Shown one piece after another: positions 38,141-51,592 of a stretch of 64,000 nucleotides of DNA. The first letter of the stretch is position 1, and each line of letters starts with the position of its first letter. A program made the translations under genes and the position numbers. Source of the stretch: Phoronis australis (lineage: Eukaryota > Animalia > Phoronida); assembly GCA_002633005.1 (NCBI GenBank), contig NMRA01000221.1, positions 62,001 through 126,000 on the forward strand. The letters run 5' to 3'. The notes under the pieces were generated by a model. The model was not told where the DNA came from and made no database searches. It saw nothing but the letters and a program-made list of their open reading frames with translations.

Positions 38141-40789
38141 GACTTGGTGGCACATGAACTGCCAGATCTGAGTTGTTGTAAACAGGGACACACCAGCCAA
38201 ATTCCATGGTGAAGTTTTATGATCTTGGTAAATATTGTGGTATAGGGGTAGTCAGATCCCTCTGAAAATTATTGTCAACCCAGCTCTTATCAATGGAACA
38301 TAAACCTCAAATATGTCATTTCACTTAAAACTGCATTCTCTCCTATTTAGCAGCTGGCTAAACATCAGAAATGGAAGTATCCGTTAATAAATTACAGTCG
38401 CAAGCTATGCATACCCGTGCCATTTTTGGATTTTAGAGAGTAAACTAACGAATTCGATTTTCACTTTTAGATACTGAGACAGGCTGACACTAGGGGGCAT
38501 AGCAGTAATCAGATCCGCTCCAAAATCAAATCAACAACTGCCAAACCATTTGGCAGACAGCAAGGTGGACACAAAATTTGCTCGATTGTTCGGTTTGGTA
38601 TGTGGCCTTACCCTTCACGTGAGGGTAACACTGTAGACAAATCCAGTCCACTGTCAGGGTCAAAGTCTGTTGGTGTGCGAGTCGAGTCGAGCATTCAACC
38701 TAATCAGCAAGAGCAATAAACCCACTAGTCAGCAATTTAGACCTTTTAAACTGATTGTATGTCAGAACCATGAAAACAGAAAAATGGACTGACGAATTGA
38801 TGAAAAAAATCGTGACGATCGCATAGCACTCCGATAACCACAGTTATTTTGTAAATTAAATTAATATGACATCATATCCCCTGGTGCGAGCGATGTAAAA
38901 ATGGCCAGTTGCCGGTTAAGGCACGTGAATGAAGGGCTGTTCAAAAAAGTTTGACTGCGGAAGTATTTGTTAGAGCTAATAACAGTTTAAGACATCAATG
39001 TCATCTAAGGAGTCCCCCTATGCTAAAAAATGAACTACAGCATTATGACTTAGGTGGGTTAATCAGTGTAAGGCATAATTTGCCAAAAAGCTGTCGGTGT
39101 ATGGAATGGCTATTGACTACGGCTTCTGCTGAGGCCAGTTGAGACAGTGGCACTGTCTAAGCGACAGTTGATTGGTCGGATCTCATTCTCAATCCACAAG
39201 CCCTCTTATCAGTTGCCTGACAGGATGCTATATTAGAGAACGGAATACAACAGCTATCCAATATGGACGCCTACCATGCACTTCTGGAACAACTCAAAGC
39301 ATGTTGATTTCAGAATAGTTTGCGCCAGATATTTTATCTCCAACTGCAATACGTTCACTAGATACACCTGCTGACGGTGACAACAATAAAAACCATTAGT
39401 ACCTCCAGATTTTCTTAATTCAATCAGCAACACTCAGCAACATGTCGCAGCCCATTTCCTCCATTCACACTCGCCAAGCCACTCTCAACATCACCAACAC
39501 ACTTGCATCAACTAAAAACAACAACAGTAGAAACAGACTACTCCAGTAACACGTTAATTAGGTACAAGCAAAATAGGCGAACTTTTCCAGGGCCTTCGAA
39601 TTTCATTCCACTTATCCTAATCAACAAGTACAAACATAGGTAACATGTAGCCCCCACAGCTAACTTGATAGAGGCTACAACACTCCCTATCGGTCTCTGT
39701 TAATCTCATACAGTGCATTTTTAGCAGGCAGTAGGCCAAATCCACTCGTCAAAGGGTTTCACCTCATCAAAAATACATTTTCGCTTAAAATTGTCATATC
39801 CTCGACGAAGTACATCTGCAGGAATTAATATGACTTTGGAGAAGAATTCTAATTCTATCTCCACTGTTCTGGTCGCCGTAAACTTTTTCAGTGCTTACGA
39901 TAACCACAAGGTATTTCAATAAAACGACACGTGAGCTAGGCAACAACAAGACTGAGTGAAGAGCGTAACCTGGCGTGTGACACTTGCAAAAAGTAGCATG
40001 GGAAGATATCCAGTGGAATTTATGTCCCTTTGATTTCCTGTTTATGTTACTTCCTCATATTGGTACCCTGCAATAGAAGCTCGAGCAAACCTCAACATAT
40101 TTTCACAAACATTAATATATGTAGCATTGCACCAATGTGGGTAAAATTGGTCAAATAAAATCTGATACGAAATTAGTGTCATTAAAATTACACTCTTCCT
40201 AAATTATTTACCGATGTTAGAAAAATCAGCGTTCTACCATTATTCTGTAGCTACAACTGTGGAGAGACCTTGTACGTCGTAAATGCTATGAGAAGAAAGA
40301 ACAATTGCTCATGGTTTGTTGAACCCGTCTTGTGTAAATTTATTAAGTTATGTGTTTGATATGGAAGGCTGAAGTGAAGCACCAGTGGAATTCCTAGTCC
40401 CCGAGTGTCATACCTTGAATTATATATAGTGTATTGGATTGAAGATGGTCAGAAGATGAGAATGCCTGTGGTTATAAGTACCTTTTAGTTTTGTCCATAG
40501 GACACTTGGCCTTAGGCTTTGGTTAGCCTTAGAGGCCATCAATGTGGAAAGGTACTAATAACATCATGACTTTGATGTTTTAATCAGTGTGATGCATAAT
40601 TCGTGGGAAAGCTTACGGAGTATTAAACGCCTACAGGAGCTTCACCGTCTCTACTGGGGCTAACAAGAGAAGGTGGTCACTGTCTAGGTCTATCTGACAG
40701 ATTATCATCAGATCCAGAGCTAACACACAAGAGATTCCTAGTCTTGGTACAAAGCTGTATACTAAATATACAGCTTTGCACCGATGTGG

Positions 40790-41330
40790 GTAAAAAAGTA
40801 GTAAGATAAAATCTGGCACAAAATTAGTGTCATTAAAATCTGCTGTCTTCCTTAAGTAAAATAAATTATTTAACGGTGTTGGAAAAAATGGCGTTCCACT
40901 GTTATTCTGGTGCTTAAGCTGTAGAGCAATCTATAGCGACGGCTTTTGGCGCCATGAAATATTGCGTCACCTATTGGCCAGTTTCCTTTTTTTCGCCGAT
41001 TCTGCTATCAATTGTTGTTCTTTCACGAGGTTGTGTTCACGGCACAACAAATTATCATGCCGGTAAAAAAGTGGTAAGATAAAATCTGGTACAAAATTAG
41101 TATCATTAAAATTTTGCAGTCTTCCTTAAGTAAAATAAACTATTTAACGGTGTTGGAAAAATGGCGTTCTACCGTTATTCTGCAGCTAAAATTGTAGAGC
41201 AATCTATAGCGACGGCTTTTGGCGCCATGAAATATTGCGTCACCTATTGGCCAGTTTCTTTTTTTCGCCAATTCTTCAATCAACTGTTGTTCTGTCACAA
41301 GGTTGTGTACACGTCACAACAAATTATAGA
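40790..41330. repeat. Tandem duplication, ~275-bp unit x2, with a diverged partial third copy at ~40140-40290
   Basis: gtaagataaaatctgg...gagcaatctatagcgacggcttttggcgccatgaaatattgcgtcacctattggccag...acaacaaattat is repeated. Confidence 0.92.
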
Positions 41331-43252
41331 ACAAGTTTCACTTCATTATAAGTTTTTTTAAATTTTCATACCGAAAAAACGAATTTCAGAAGAAATTTTG
41401 CTGCTGCCAAGCTATCATCATCTCCCGAGAGATGTCGCAAAAATTTAGGAAATGGCGCGTGCGCGTGACACGAGCATACTGTTTTAAAAATGACGACATA
41501 CTTTTGGTAATTGTTTACAATATGACGACATTGACCTACACACTTGATTTTGGTATCATTCGATTCGGCGCAACGTTATCTTTCCAAAAATATATGAATG
41601 TACCCCCTACCGCGTTTTCTCCGTATTTTATCGTCAAATTTCTCTTCGCACTATTTTTCCATTGACGCCGCCATGTTAGCTCAACTCAAGATTACAGCGA
41701 CACCCGTTGTTAATGAATAAAGCAGCATCCTCTATTCTGAATGGTTTGCCCACGCGAGATTTCCGCTAAAGTTGTCCTGAAATAATGTGGAGGAGCATTT
41801 CACCTTTTGTATTTTTTTAAAAATTGTGACCCTTCGACCATTTTTCCATGAAATTGTTTGAAGTGATACCCTTTTCACGTACCAATTTGGACCTCAAAAA
41901 CAACCTCCGCTTTTTTGCAGATTCTTGCCAGCAGAGCTAGATGCATACCCGAGGTCACCATAGGAACGAATTTGAACCCTTGGGAACATAACTCATGCAG
42001 GGGATGTACGGGTCTTGGTCAATTTGACCTTAATAAAAGCATCGATCTGCCGAAGTCGGTAGATTAGTTCAGTTTTTGACTGCCAGGTGGCTCCTTCCAT
42101 TCAACATGGCGGTGTTACTACAACGTAACGGGAAATAGTGCAAGCAGAAATTTCACAATAAAATTCTAAGGGAACAGGGTAGGAAAAATTTCTGTGTATT
42201 TTTGGAAAGATAACGTTGCAAGGAATGGAACGATACCAAAACCATATGTTTAAGTCAATGTCGTCATATTGTAAACAATTACCATACTTTTCATTCTTAG
42301 AGAAGACGGAGAGACAATGCAAGAAAATGACGTTTATTGCATTGTTTTTTCACTGACTTAAACAGTTGTGACTCACAAGGTGAGTGTCGGTTGATTCCCA
42401 GAATTTGCATGTACCTCGTCCGGTCTTTAGCTTTACATGTTGATACAAGTTTCACAGCAGAACTACTCTGTGTGCAATTTCGGAGTCTAAAGAAGAAATA
42501 CACACGGTGGTACCTAGTTCCTAGTTGTATTTCGACGATAGACAGCTGGCTGGCTGGCTAAGACTAGAGATTCCTAGCTAGGTCCACGGGTCAGAGGTTG
42601 GCTTTTCTTTAGTAAACATACGTACAAGACCTGAAATGAATATAACTTACCAAATAGACAATGATGACACCCAGTCCGCTAACAACAACTGTTTCAATGA
42701 GATGGGGGTCGTAAAAGATTAGTGCGAAAACAATCACAAACACATGTCAAAGTTTTCAGTCTTTCACATTACAAAAGCGACTATGTTAACGAACCTGTCA
42801 TTGGTGCAAAACTAGGTCAACATTTGTCCCAATTTCAAAAACACAGAAATTCGTTTTCGTAGTAAATTTCTAGCACCCTATGTAGTCTGTTGGTGTCACA
42901 GGATACCTTTATGATCATAAAGCATGACATAATTAATGATATACTTATTTTGTTGAATTAAAAACAACAAGTAAATGAAACGACACCTGTGAAGTTGACC
43001 AATCACGCTTACGATTTAACAGAAGTCCGTGAAGTCGGAAATACAGTTGTTTAAATGCTTCCGGTAGCGGGTGTCGTTTGTCAAATTGTCCACTACTTGT
43101 CAACTGTCCGTTCTCAACTTGCCAGTGATAAGGCGTTTTTCTAACGAGAGAAGGTAAGTAAATATTGATACCGTAGATTAATAGTGAAACATTGGCCCAC
43201 AAAATAAAATAACGAAATTTCCATTCATTATTTTCGGTTTCGATTCTTTAGT

Positions 43253-44670
43253 TAGGGAGGACAACGTAATTTTTTAATTTTTTTGCAATACCCAAGTCAG
43301 GCCAAGTGTCATACATTTTTGAAAAGGCCTTGCCCTTGGTGTGAGAAATGAAATAGTGCAAAAATCAGAAAAATTGGGTGAGCGGTTTCTGAGAAAATGG
43401 CCGTTGAAACGCGACGATTATGCGTAAAATATCTGCCTTTTTACATAATTTCGTAAAAAATAAAAGAATATACATGTAAAAAAAATCATCTCATTGAGAC
43501 AAACGTGGTGTGTATTATATAAAATTTGGATCGATTTCTACAGAGATATTGCTGTTTAAATGTGTTGTTATCATATGGAACAGGCTCATTCCGCATCATA
43601 ACCTCATGTTTGATGAAAACAAGACAACATTGGTGGATTTGGGGAGGGGCAAGGGGGCCAGCCCGTGCCCCCCCCCACTAAAACTACCAGATTTCATTTG
43701 GCAGTTTGATGGTGCAAATATCTTACGGGTAAAATCCTGCTTAACCCTGTTCCCCCCTCCTATCTAAAAATCCTAGATCTGCCCTTGAATACTACTACAT
43801 GGGCAACTCATCATGGCCTGACAAGGGGCTGGGGTCGCTGGGAAAGGCTATAGCTCCCCCGCCCACTCTTTTTCAGTGCTGGGTGCCACCCATGTACTAT
43901 TAGATCGTATCATAGCAAAAAAACATCAGAAAGTAGACAAAAGACCATTTGGGAAAACAAATCACTCTTAACATGAAGGATTTCATCATTTACGCAACAA
44001 AACCTCTTTGTAACAACTTTATTTCGAACTGTGAAGTTGCGCTGCCATTGAACTTCAACGTAGCCGCTCGTGGCGCTGATGTGTGGCGACTTAGTGAACT
44101 AACGACTGCTGTTTGAAAAGTGCCAATGCGCAGCAGTTTGACAGAATTTATGAAAAAGAAATAATTATACCAATTAAAAGAGTGATGAATTCTTCATCTA
44201 AAATCAGGGTGAGGGGCATATTGCACAACTGCAAAAACATCAATCTCCCGACCGATCAAAATTAGGCCTTCTGGACGATCGAAAACTCGCCATGAAAACT
44301 TGGCCTTGACTTCGAGAAAACAACTTGAGGAGATGTGCACGCATCTAAACTATATCCTGTCCATCCAAATTTCATGTTTCTATTCGAGAGTATAGTGCTG
44401 TTTTGGACAGGAGGAACAAGAGGCACTTTTTGAAAGTTGATCGCATGGCGGAAAATCGTGCACTAAAAAAAGCTTACAAAAAATGATTTATCAGCGATAA
44501 TTCGAGACAAAAAGATTACAAACTTACAAATAAAGTCTAAGGTAATGATTTATAACACACAATTGTCTTATAGTTAAGTTTGAAGTCTGAAATTGGGTAA
44601 TTTACTGACGTGGGTTTTACACAAAGGCAGATTTGGAGTACCATGACCTACTCTTCGATTGTCCTCCCGA
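43253..44670. mobile_element. Non-autonomous TIR DNA transposon (hAT/P-like)
   Basis: Termini tagggaggacaa...ttgtcctcccga with flanking direct repeat ctttagt(t) at 43246 and 44671. A MITE is nested at 43628-43787. Confidence 0.7.
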
Positions 44671-44779
44671 CTTTAGTTCAAGTTCAAGAAATTGTCATTG
44701 CCATTGGCATTGGCGATTGCACTAACTTTCAGTGCAAACTCATACCGATGATGGACTAGTAAAAGTAAAAATTCAAGCC

Positions 44780-46690
44780 AAACCAAATCAAGTCAAGTTA
44801 TTTTATTAATAGTCGGTTAGTGAAACAACGAGAAAACATTAGCCATTGGCTAGTACACCGACAAATAAATACATAAGTTATAAAATAAATAAAATAAATA
44901 AAAATATATGTGAAATTAAAACAAAATTTAGAATACTATTTACAAGGTTAACAAAGTTGAGCAATTAGCACCATAGGAAAGAAGACAATGTTTGGTTCAT
45001 AAAATCCCAGATACTGCACTTACAGGGAGGCTCAGTCCATGCGTTTGCATGCTGTGTAAAAGTCTGCACGATCTCGCCTCTTCTGATAATGAATTCCACA
45101 AATTAGAGCCATAGGCTCTGAAACATAGTAGACCATACAGAGTAGTTCTGCATTGAAGTATGTTTGTCCTATTGGATGATCTCAAGATATATGGGGTCCT
45201 ACGAATTGTAAGAAGGTCCCACAAAAATGGGGGTGACAAGTGGTTCAAAATTTTGAATGCCTCTTTCAGAATCATTCTCTGTCTACCAAGCTCAAGAGTA
45301 GGCAGATTAGCTCTCAGTAATAGTGTTTCATATGAGCTAGAGAAATCATCAAATACAAAACGCAGAGCCTTACATTGCATTGAACTTGTTCAATCTTATG
45401 TGTATTGACTTGGCCATAAAAATGCCAAATTAAAGCACGGTAGAGAAACTGGGATAAATTGAAACATTGAAATATCATCATCCAGCAACTAAAGTCTAGA
45501 ATCCTAGCCAGACGCACACCAAGTAATTTAACGTCCACCTCACTGGTGATTTTGGCTCCTTCAACCTCGACAACAGCCCTGGATATGTTCTTGGAGTCGT
45601 GAAGAAATATAGAATGGAATTTTGATGGATTTGCATGCATCATATTTTGCATGAACCGGGTAATTGCTTTTGAAGACTCGGATGTCAGTATGGCAGAGAC
45701 TTCATCCCTTGTGCGAGCACTTGCTGAGAGAGTGTTATCATCAGCACAATTATACAACTGTGCCTCAGTAAATAAGACACTGATATCATTCACAAAAATA
45801 TTGAACAGAACTGGACCCATGATGGAACCCTGTAGCACTCCCTTGACTATATCTAGCCAATCACTAGACACTTCACCAATCCTAACACGCTGTTTCCTTC
45901 CTGACAGATAGGACCATAAAATGGCACTTGTCTGTTCACTCACACCATCCGCTCTTAATTTTGCGATCATGAGTTGGTGTGGGAGGCAGCCGAACGCTTT
46001 GCTCAGATCCATGAGCACTGCTCCAGCACACTGATTTTGTTCAACAGCCAACTTCCATTCTTCAACCAGACGTAGTAAAACTAATGGCCAGCTATATCCA
46101 CTCCTATAGGCAGCAATCCGCGGATCTAATATAATATATAAAAACTGGTTTATCTGTAACAACATGAGTCTCTCACAAATCTTGGAGAGAGCTGACAGTA
46201 TACTCACTGGTCTGTAATTTTCCATCTTCAATCTGTCGTCCTTTTTAAGAACTGGCACTACTTCAGGAAGTTTAGCCATGTCCGGAAATTTACCAGTGTC
46301 AATGCTCTGATTAAAAATGATAGCTACATAATGACTCACAAATTTTGCAACTGCTTTGAGCAACTTAACTGCAATATGATCACTACCAGTGGACTTCTTA
46401 GAAACGAGACATTCGATAACTTTTTCCACTTCAGTTGGAGTAGTATGCCTAAAGGAAAAGTTTCCACTCTTCATTTTAGTTTTAATAACCTGAATACTAG
46501 GATGGTTCGCATTGTGGTCGATCCACTTGCTAACAAAAGAATCGTTTGTGTGTGTGAGATCAACAGCACCACCAATTTTGGAGGCGATGTTAACATAAAA
46601 CTCATTATGTATGTACAAACATCAGACGGACTAGTGACAATCTCATTTCCAATTCTTAACATAATACTAACCCTAATTAAATTTGCAAAC
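44780..46690 (-). mobile_element. 5'-truncated CR1/L2-group LINE with degenerate reverse transcriptase
   Basis: 434-aa ORF with NYRPVSIL, MDLSKAF, GVLQGSIMGPVLFNIFVND and decayed YADD (CADD). Frameshifted C-terminal part at 44997-45380. Minus-strand aataaa followed by cttga repeats near 44780-44806. Confidence 0.93.
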
Positions 46691-47083
46691 TGTAGTTACC
46701 CCATTCCCATCCAACAAAATAAGTCCTATTTAGACATCAACTTTTGGCCCAGCGCAACTGACACGTAGCAAATTGACCCGTGTCAAGCGGCCGTTTACAC
46801 ACACAACTCACTAACCGTGGCAAGACGGAAATTGCAGGCTGGAGAGACTGGATCACACATGCGCAGGAGAGTTGCAGAGACAAAGAACCCGTATGTAGGT
46901 CATTCAGCAAGCGCAATAGAGATGATCCTTTCCGCCTTGCTCCAGTTTCGCGTTTAGACTTATAACTGACACGGCGCAAGATGTTCGGGCACAAATTGCT
47001 CTACCTCACAAACATGTGGCAAAAATTTGTCACCGCGGTGTCAATTTGCTCCGTGTCAGTCCGTTTACACACTGGAACAACTA

Positions 47084-48504
47084 CCATATTAGCCGTAATA
47101 ACCGCCCAGGGCGCTTAGAAAAGTTCGGTTCAGGGGGGGCGTTTATTATAACCCATGGCGGTTGAAACCCGGTCTCCGAAACTGGTGAAATCGGAAGCTA
47201 AGATTCATCAAATTTACGCTCTGTGACGTACATGTAATCTATGAAAGGCTTTTAACAAAACTGTGGTGCATTGCTATCAAACTTTGCTGCTAAATTACGA
47301 TCATGTTACAGAAAATTGTGCTGATATCCCAGGGCAAAACTTGCTGACTGTCTGCCTCGAAATCGCCGTCTTCGATATGGCGACTTCAATGCTTGAATAA
47401 AAGTTTTGACTCAAGCAAATTACCTGAAATCCTCATTAAGTTTATAAGTAGCGTCTCCAAGATTTTTTAAGTTCCCGTGGAGTCTGGATTAACGGCAGGT
47501 TTAAGTACAAATCTGTGTAACACCGTGCCATCTACATGTATGATCGGCAACACTGCGAGAAAAATGTCCGGACAAACACAGATGTTGTTGTCACGTGACG
47601 TTTGTTTTGAAGTTCGTCTGCGAGTAAGCGAGCGCGTGCGTGTCACCAGAGTTCATTTGCCAAAGCAGAGACAGTCTTTTGGCCAGAGCCACGCAATCTA
47701 ACTAGCAATCTAACTAGCTAGATGTGTCTAAAGAAATTTGCACAAACAGTAGGCTGAAACCAGAGCACGTTTCATTCAGCACTTGCCGGTCTCGTGCTAA
47801 AAACTTTCGACATTTATCTCGGTAAGGCCAATATTAGTCGCCGTGTAGCTGGATGCGTACTTAACTATCTGACAGTTATTTTTCGGTGTAAGGGTGTGTA
47901 AGCATTCACCGTCAGTTGTCATTTTATCAGATATTCGGCTTAAAAACACCAATTATGGTTAATCAAACAATCCATCTCAAAAATAACGCAAACATGTTTT
48001 ATAGTATTAGAAATTGTCGGAAATTAGTGCCAATATTAATTTCTTATCGATGCTATGCTACCCGTTTCATGAATGGATAGTTCCCGACTAATGTCTTTGA
48101 TGACAGGTTCATGGATGTAGCGCGCGCTTCCTGGCCACGTGCGTTTAACACCGAGTTATTTTTATTCATGAGGCAGTCGATGTGTCTACTGAAAGGTCAG
48201 ACCATAGTGGTACGCGGTCGTCGCGAGAGCGTAGCTACGCTGTTGCATTCTTTTTGAAGCGCTGCGTTACTTTGAAGTGTAAAGTCACGGCTAAATACAA
48301 ACGTAGCAGTGCCGCTGGTGGTCTAGAAGACCCGTGCAAAATTTTTTTGATAAATTGAAGACGTTGCTGTAGCGGAGTTTTAGGACTGTAGGTACGTCAT
48401 TGTTCGCATGTACACGTTCATGGACTGGGCGCTTATTTCAGCAAAGTCTGAAAACGCGTGGGGGGCGCTTATAGGGGCATGGGCGGTTATTACGGCGAAT
48501 ACGG
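47084..48504. mobile_element. Non-autonomous Tc1/pogo-type DNA transposon nested in an older MITE (~46790-48553)
   Basis: ta|ccatattagccgtaataaccgccc ... gggcggttattacggcgaatacgg|ta (TA TSD). Confidence 0.8.
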
Positions 48505-50319
48505 TAGTTCCATGTCAGCTGATCCGTGTCAACTTTGTAAGTGTAAATGGCACTATAGAGAATCAATTAGCTGGCCTGTTAACAGTTATGTTATAAAGAG
48601 ATGTCATACAGACAGTCATATTTTAAGGCCCTTTACTAACAGTAACATTGACGTGTCTAGTTGCGATCCTGAGTCGAAGATAAAAGTGCAGTGAATAGGT
48701 GGATTTAACCGCGGAGTGTCGACACGGCGGTGTGGTCATTACATACCATTCTCCTGGAGTGTAAAAATCAAGACATTTCCACTATCACGATCTATAATCT
48801 AGAATCGTATTCGATTAAACTTGTCAAGCAAGCGTTTTGTTTTGGTACACAATACTGTGGTTAAACTGGTCAGAGTTTACAGTCACACAAAGGAATCAAC
48901 AGGTGAAAGTTAAGTGTAATTTCTCTGAAAGTCCATCCCTTTTCTCCATTTGAAGTTTTTTTGGTGAAAGTATTTCATACAAAACACATCTGCTCCACGA
49001 CATTTGTTGAAAGTCATTTGCAAATGTTATTTTAATATCAGTTAGCTTCAGGCACACTGTTTACAACATAAATGATGGATTACGTGAGCTTATCAGATGA
49101 AAGCAGACATTAAGAGAATTAGACTATGTAAACATTGATTTGTCACCATCAATTTGATAATGGCACGGCTGGCTGATCAGTCAGTTGGGATAATCATTCC
49201 ACTGCGCGGGTGCGTAACATGAATGGTCAACTTCGGTCTCGCCAAAATTTATCATCAAAGGCAGGAGTCACTGCTACCGTCAACAATTAAATGTCAGTGT
49301 CGTCACTAATTTTGCTAATATTTTGTTCAAATAATCACTAGTCTAATTGGAATAAAGGTTTATGTAAATTACCCATAACTGCTCTCAAGATTACCGTATT
49401 AAAAAGATCTTATTGCACACAAGACGAAAAAACTGCCTTTTCTTAGTCTACCTTGAACGTTACCTTGTGGGTCGACGCTATCTTGCAATAACTTTGATGA
49501 CGACAGCATCACCTTCCGTTTACTGTGATGTGGTTAACTTTTGAAGCTGGTATGATCGGTTCAACTGACTTTGCAGTTTATACCACCGCTTATACTGGGC
49601 TTAAGTTAGTACGAAAGGGCCTATAGGAGTCCAAGTTGATCAAGCAACTGGACAACATTCAATCTGCTATTAACAATCTCCAAGGTCAGCTAACCAAAGG
49701 AAGACATCGCTGTCAACAGACGGTTTTAATTATATGGCTAACTAAATTGCACTTGTAGTAGGATTGGATAGAGTTTAATCAAATAAAAGAGTGTCAAACA
49801 GATCAAAATTCATTGACAGGTAATTCAGAATTTGTTTGGCTTTCTGGATTTCAGTATATTCTAACTCCGGCTCGTGGCGGTAACAATCAGTTGGCAAAAT
49901 GCACTGGAGCAACACCAACCCTACCTTGTAGCAGAGGGTTGGTGGACCAACTACAGATAATTTGGCTTTATATGCCGCAAGTGTCGGCCTATATTATTTT
50001 TTATATTACGTAGCCACTGTTGCTTCTTTCCTCTGATTTTTCCATCTCTCCTACTGCCATGATCTGCTCTCTTTTGGTTGTACAACCTGTAATTAGTCAG
50101 GTTACTGATAACGACATTTGACAATGGGAAGGGTATACATGAAAAGATATATTTCACGTCCAGTCAGTCGACATGAGCTTGCAAAGGAAGGTATCCAACT
50201 GTATTTTAGCCAATCAGGGGACAGGAGTATCAGTGGTTGTGTAATGATAATGGACTGTAGTTACTGTCGAGTGGTGGCTGTGAGTACTGAGGACATACTT
50301 TATAAACAGGAGTAACAAC

Positions 50320-51265
50320 TGCCATCTTCCTAGAGAATGGAAGATGGCAGTTGTTACTCCTGTTTTTAAAGATGGTGAAAAGTCAAGTTGCGAAAATTAT
50401 AGACCAATATCGGTCCTCCCTGCAGTGTCCAAAATTCTTGAAAGGTGTGTTCAAAAGCAGCTTCACCAGTTCCTGGAGTAAAATTCCCTTCTCTCGGCAG
50501 CACAGTCTGGTTTCCGCCCCTTGCATTCCACTCTTACTACAAACATTCATGCTACTGAGTTTATCTTTAATAATATGGATCAGGGGAGGCTTACTGGTGC
50601 TGTCTTTGTTGACCTTAAGAAAGCCTTTGACACTGTGGACCATGGTATCCTATTGCAGAAACTAGAGTCTTATGGAGTTAATGATAATGAACTCTTTTGG
50701 TTTAGAAACTACTTATACGACCGTAAACAGGCCACCAAATACGGTGGTATACTTTCAGACTACTCAACCGTAATCACGAGGGTACCTCAGGGTTCCATTT
50801 TGGGCCCTTTATTATTCACTATTTTTGTTAACGACCTCCCTGCTGTTCTTCACAACAGTGTCCCAGTTTTATACGCTGATAACACTGCAATTATGTCCAC
50901 AGCTGGATCAGTAAAAGAACTCGAAACTTCTCTATACGATGAGCTAGCCCTTATCCATGACTGGCTGATTCAAAATAAAATCACGTCATTTTTTCATTGT
51001 CGTAAATACTCTCACTGTCTAGAGTCATCTCTTAATTTATTTCATCTGTCTTAGTTAATTTTTTACCATTATTCATCATTTAGTTATTGTCTTAATTCTC
51101 AACCTGTTTTAATTGTATCTTTGTTACGTATATTCCATTGTTGTTTTATTACTTCATTGTATTGTATTACCGTTTTACTTGTTGAGGGCCCTCTTGGAAA
51201 GCAGTGCTATCACTGAAGAGGCCACCCTCATTTAAAATATCACAATAATAAATAAATAGATAAAT
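50320..51265 (+). mobile_element. Truncated CR1/L2-group LINE RT fragment
   Basis: NYRPISVLP, VFVDLKKAFDTVDH, VPQGSILGPLLF, LYADN motifs, and an (aata)n tail at 51244-51265. Confidence 0.92.
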
Positions 51266-51592
51266 ACTCGAGATTTATTGTTGGTATGTTATTGAGATAG
51301 GCAGTGGTAAATGCTAGCAGTCAGTCTTTGTGAGATTATATTAAGCTGGCCATGTCATGATCTGTGTAATCTTGTGTGTTGTAATGTGAACAACATTGTA
51401 CCCAGATAGATACTATACCCTTGCAATTTCAGTGGCTCACTGTACTGCCATCTGTGGCCTGTTGGATTTCTAGTCTGTAGCACAGTATACAGTACAAGTC
51501 CAGCGCACTAGGCATCATGAACCTGCATTCTCAGCACGTTTAACAGCTCTGAACAAATCATTGTGTCTATCACGTTGCTATAGTGAGAGACC

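Noticed and set aside
45314-46618. Functional reverse transcriptase gene
   Set aside because: 5'-truncated and frameshifted, with decayed catalytic motifs (AFG for AFD, CADD for YADD).
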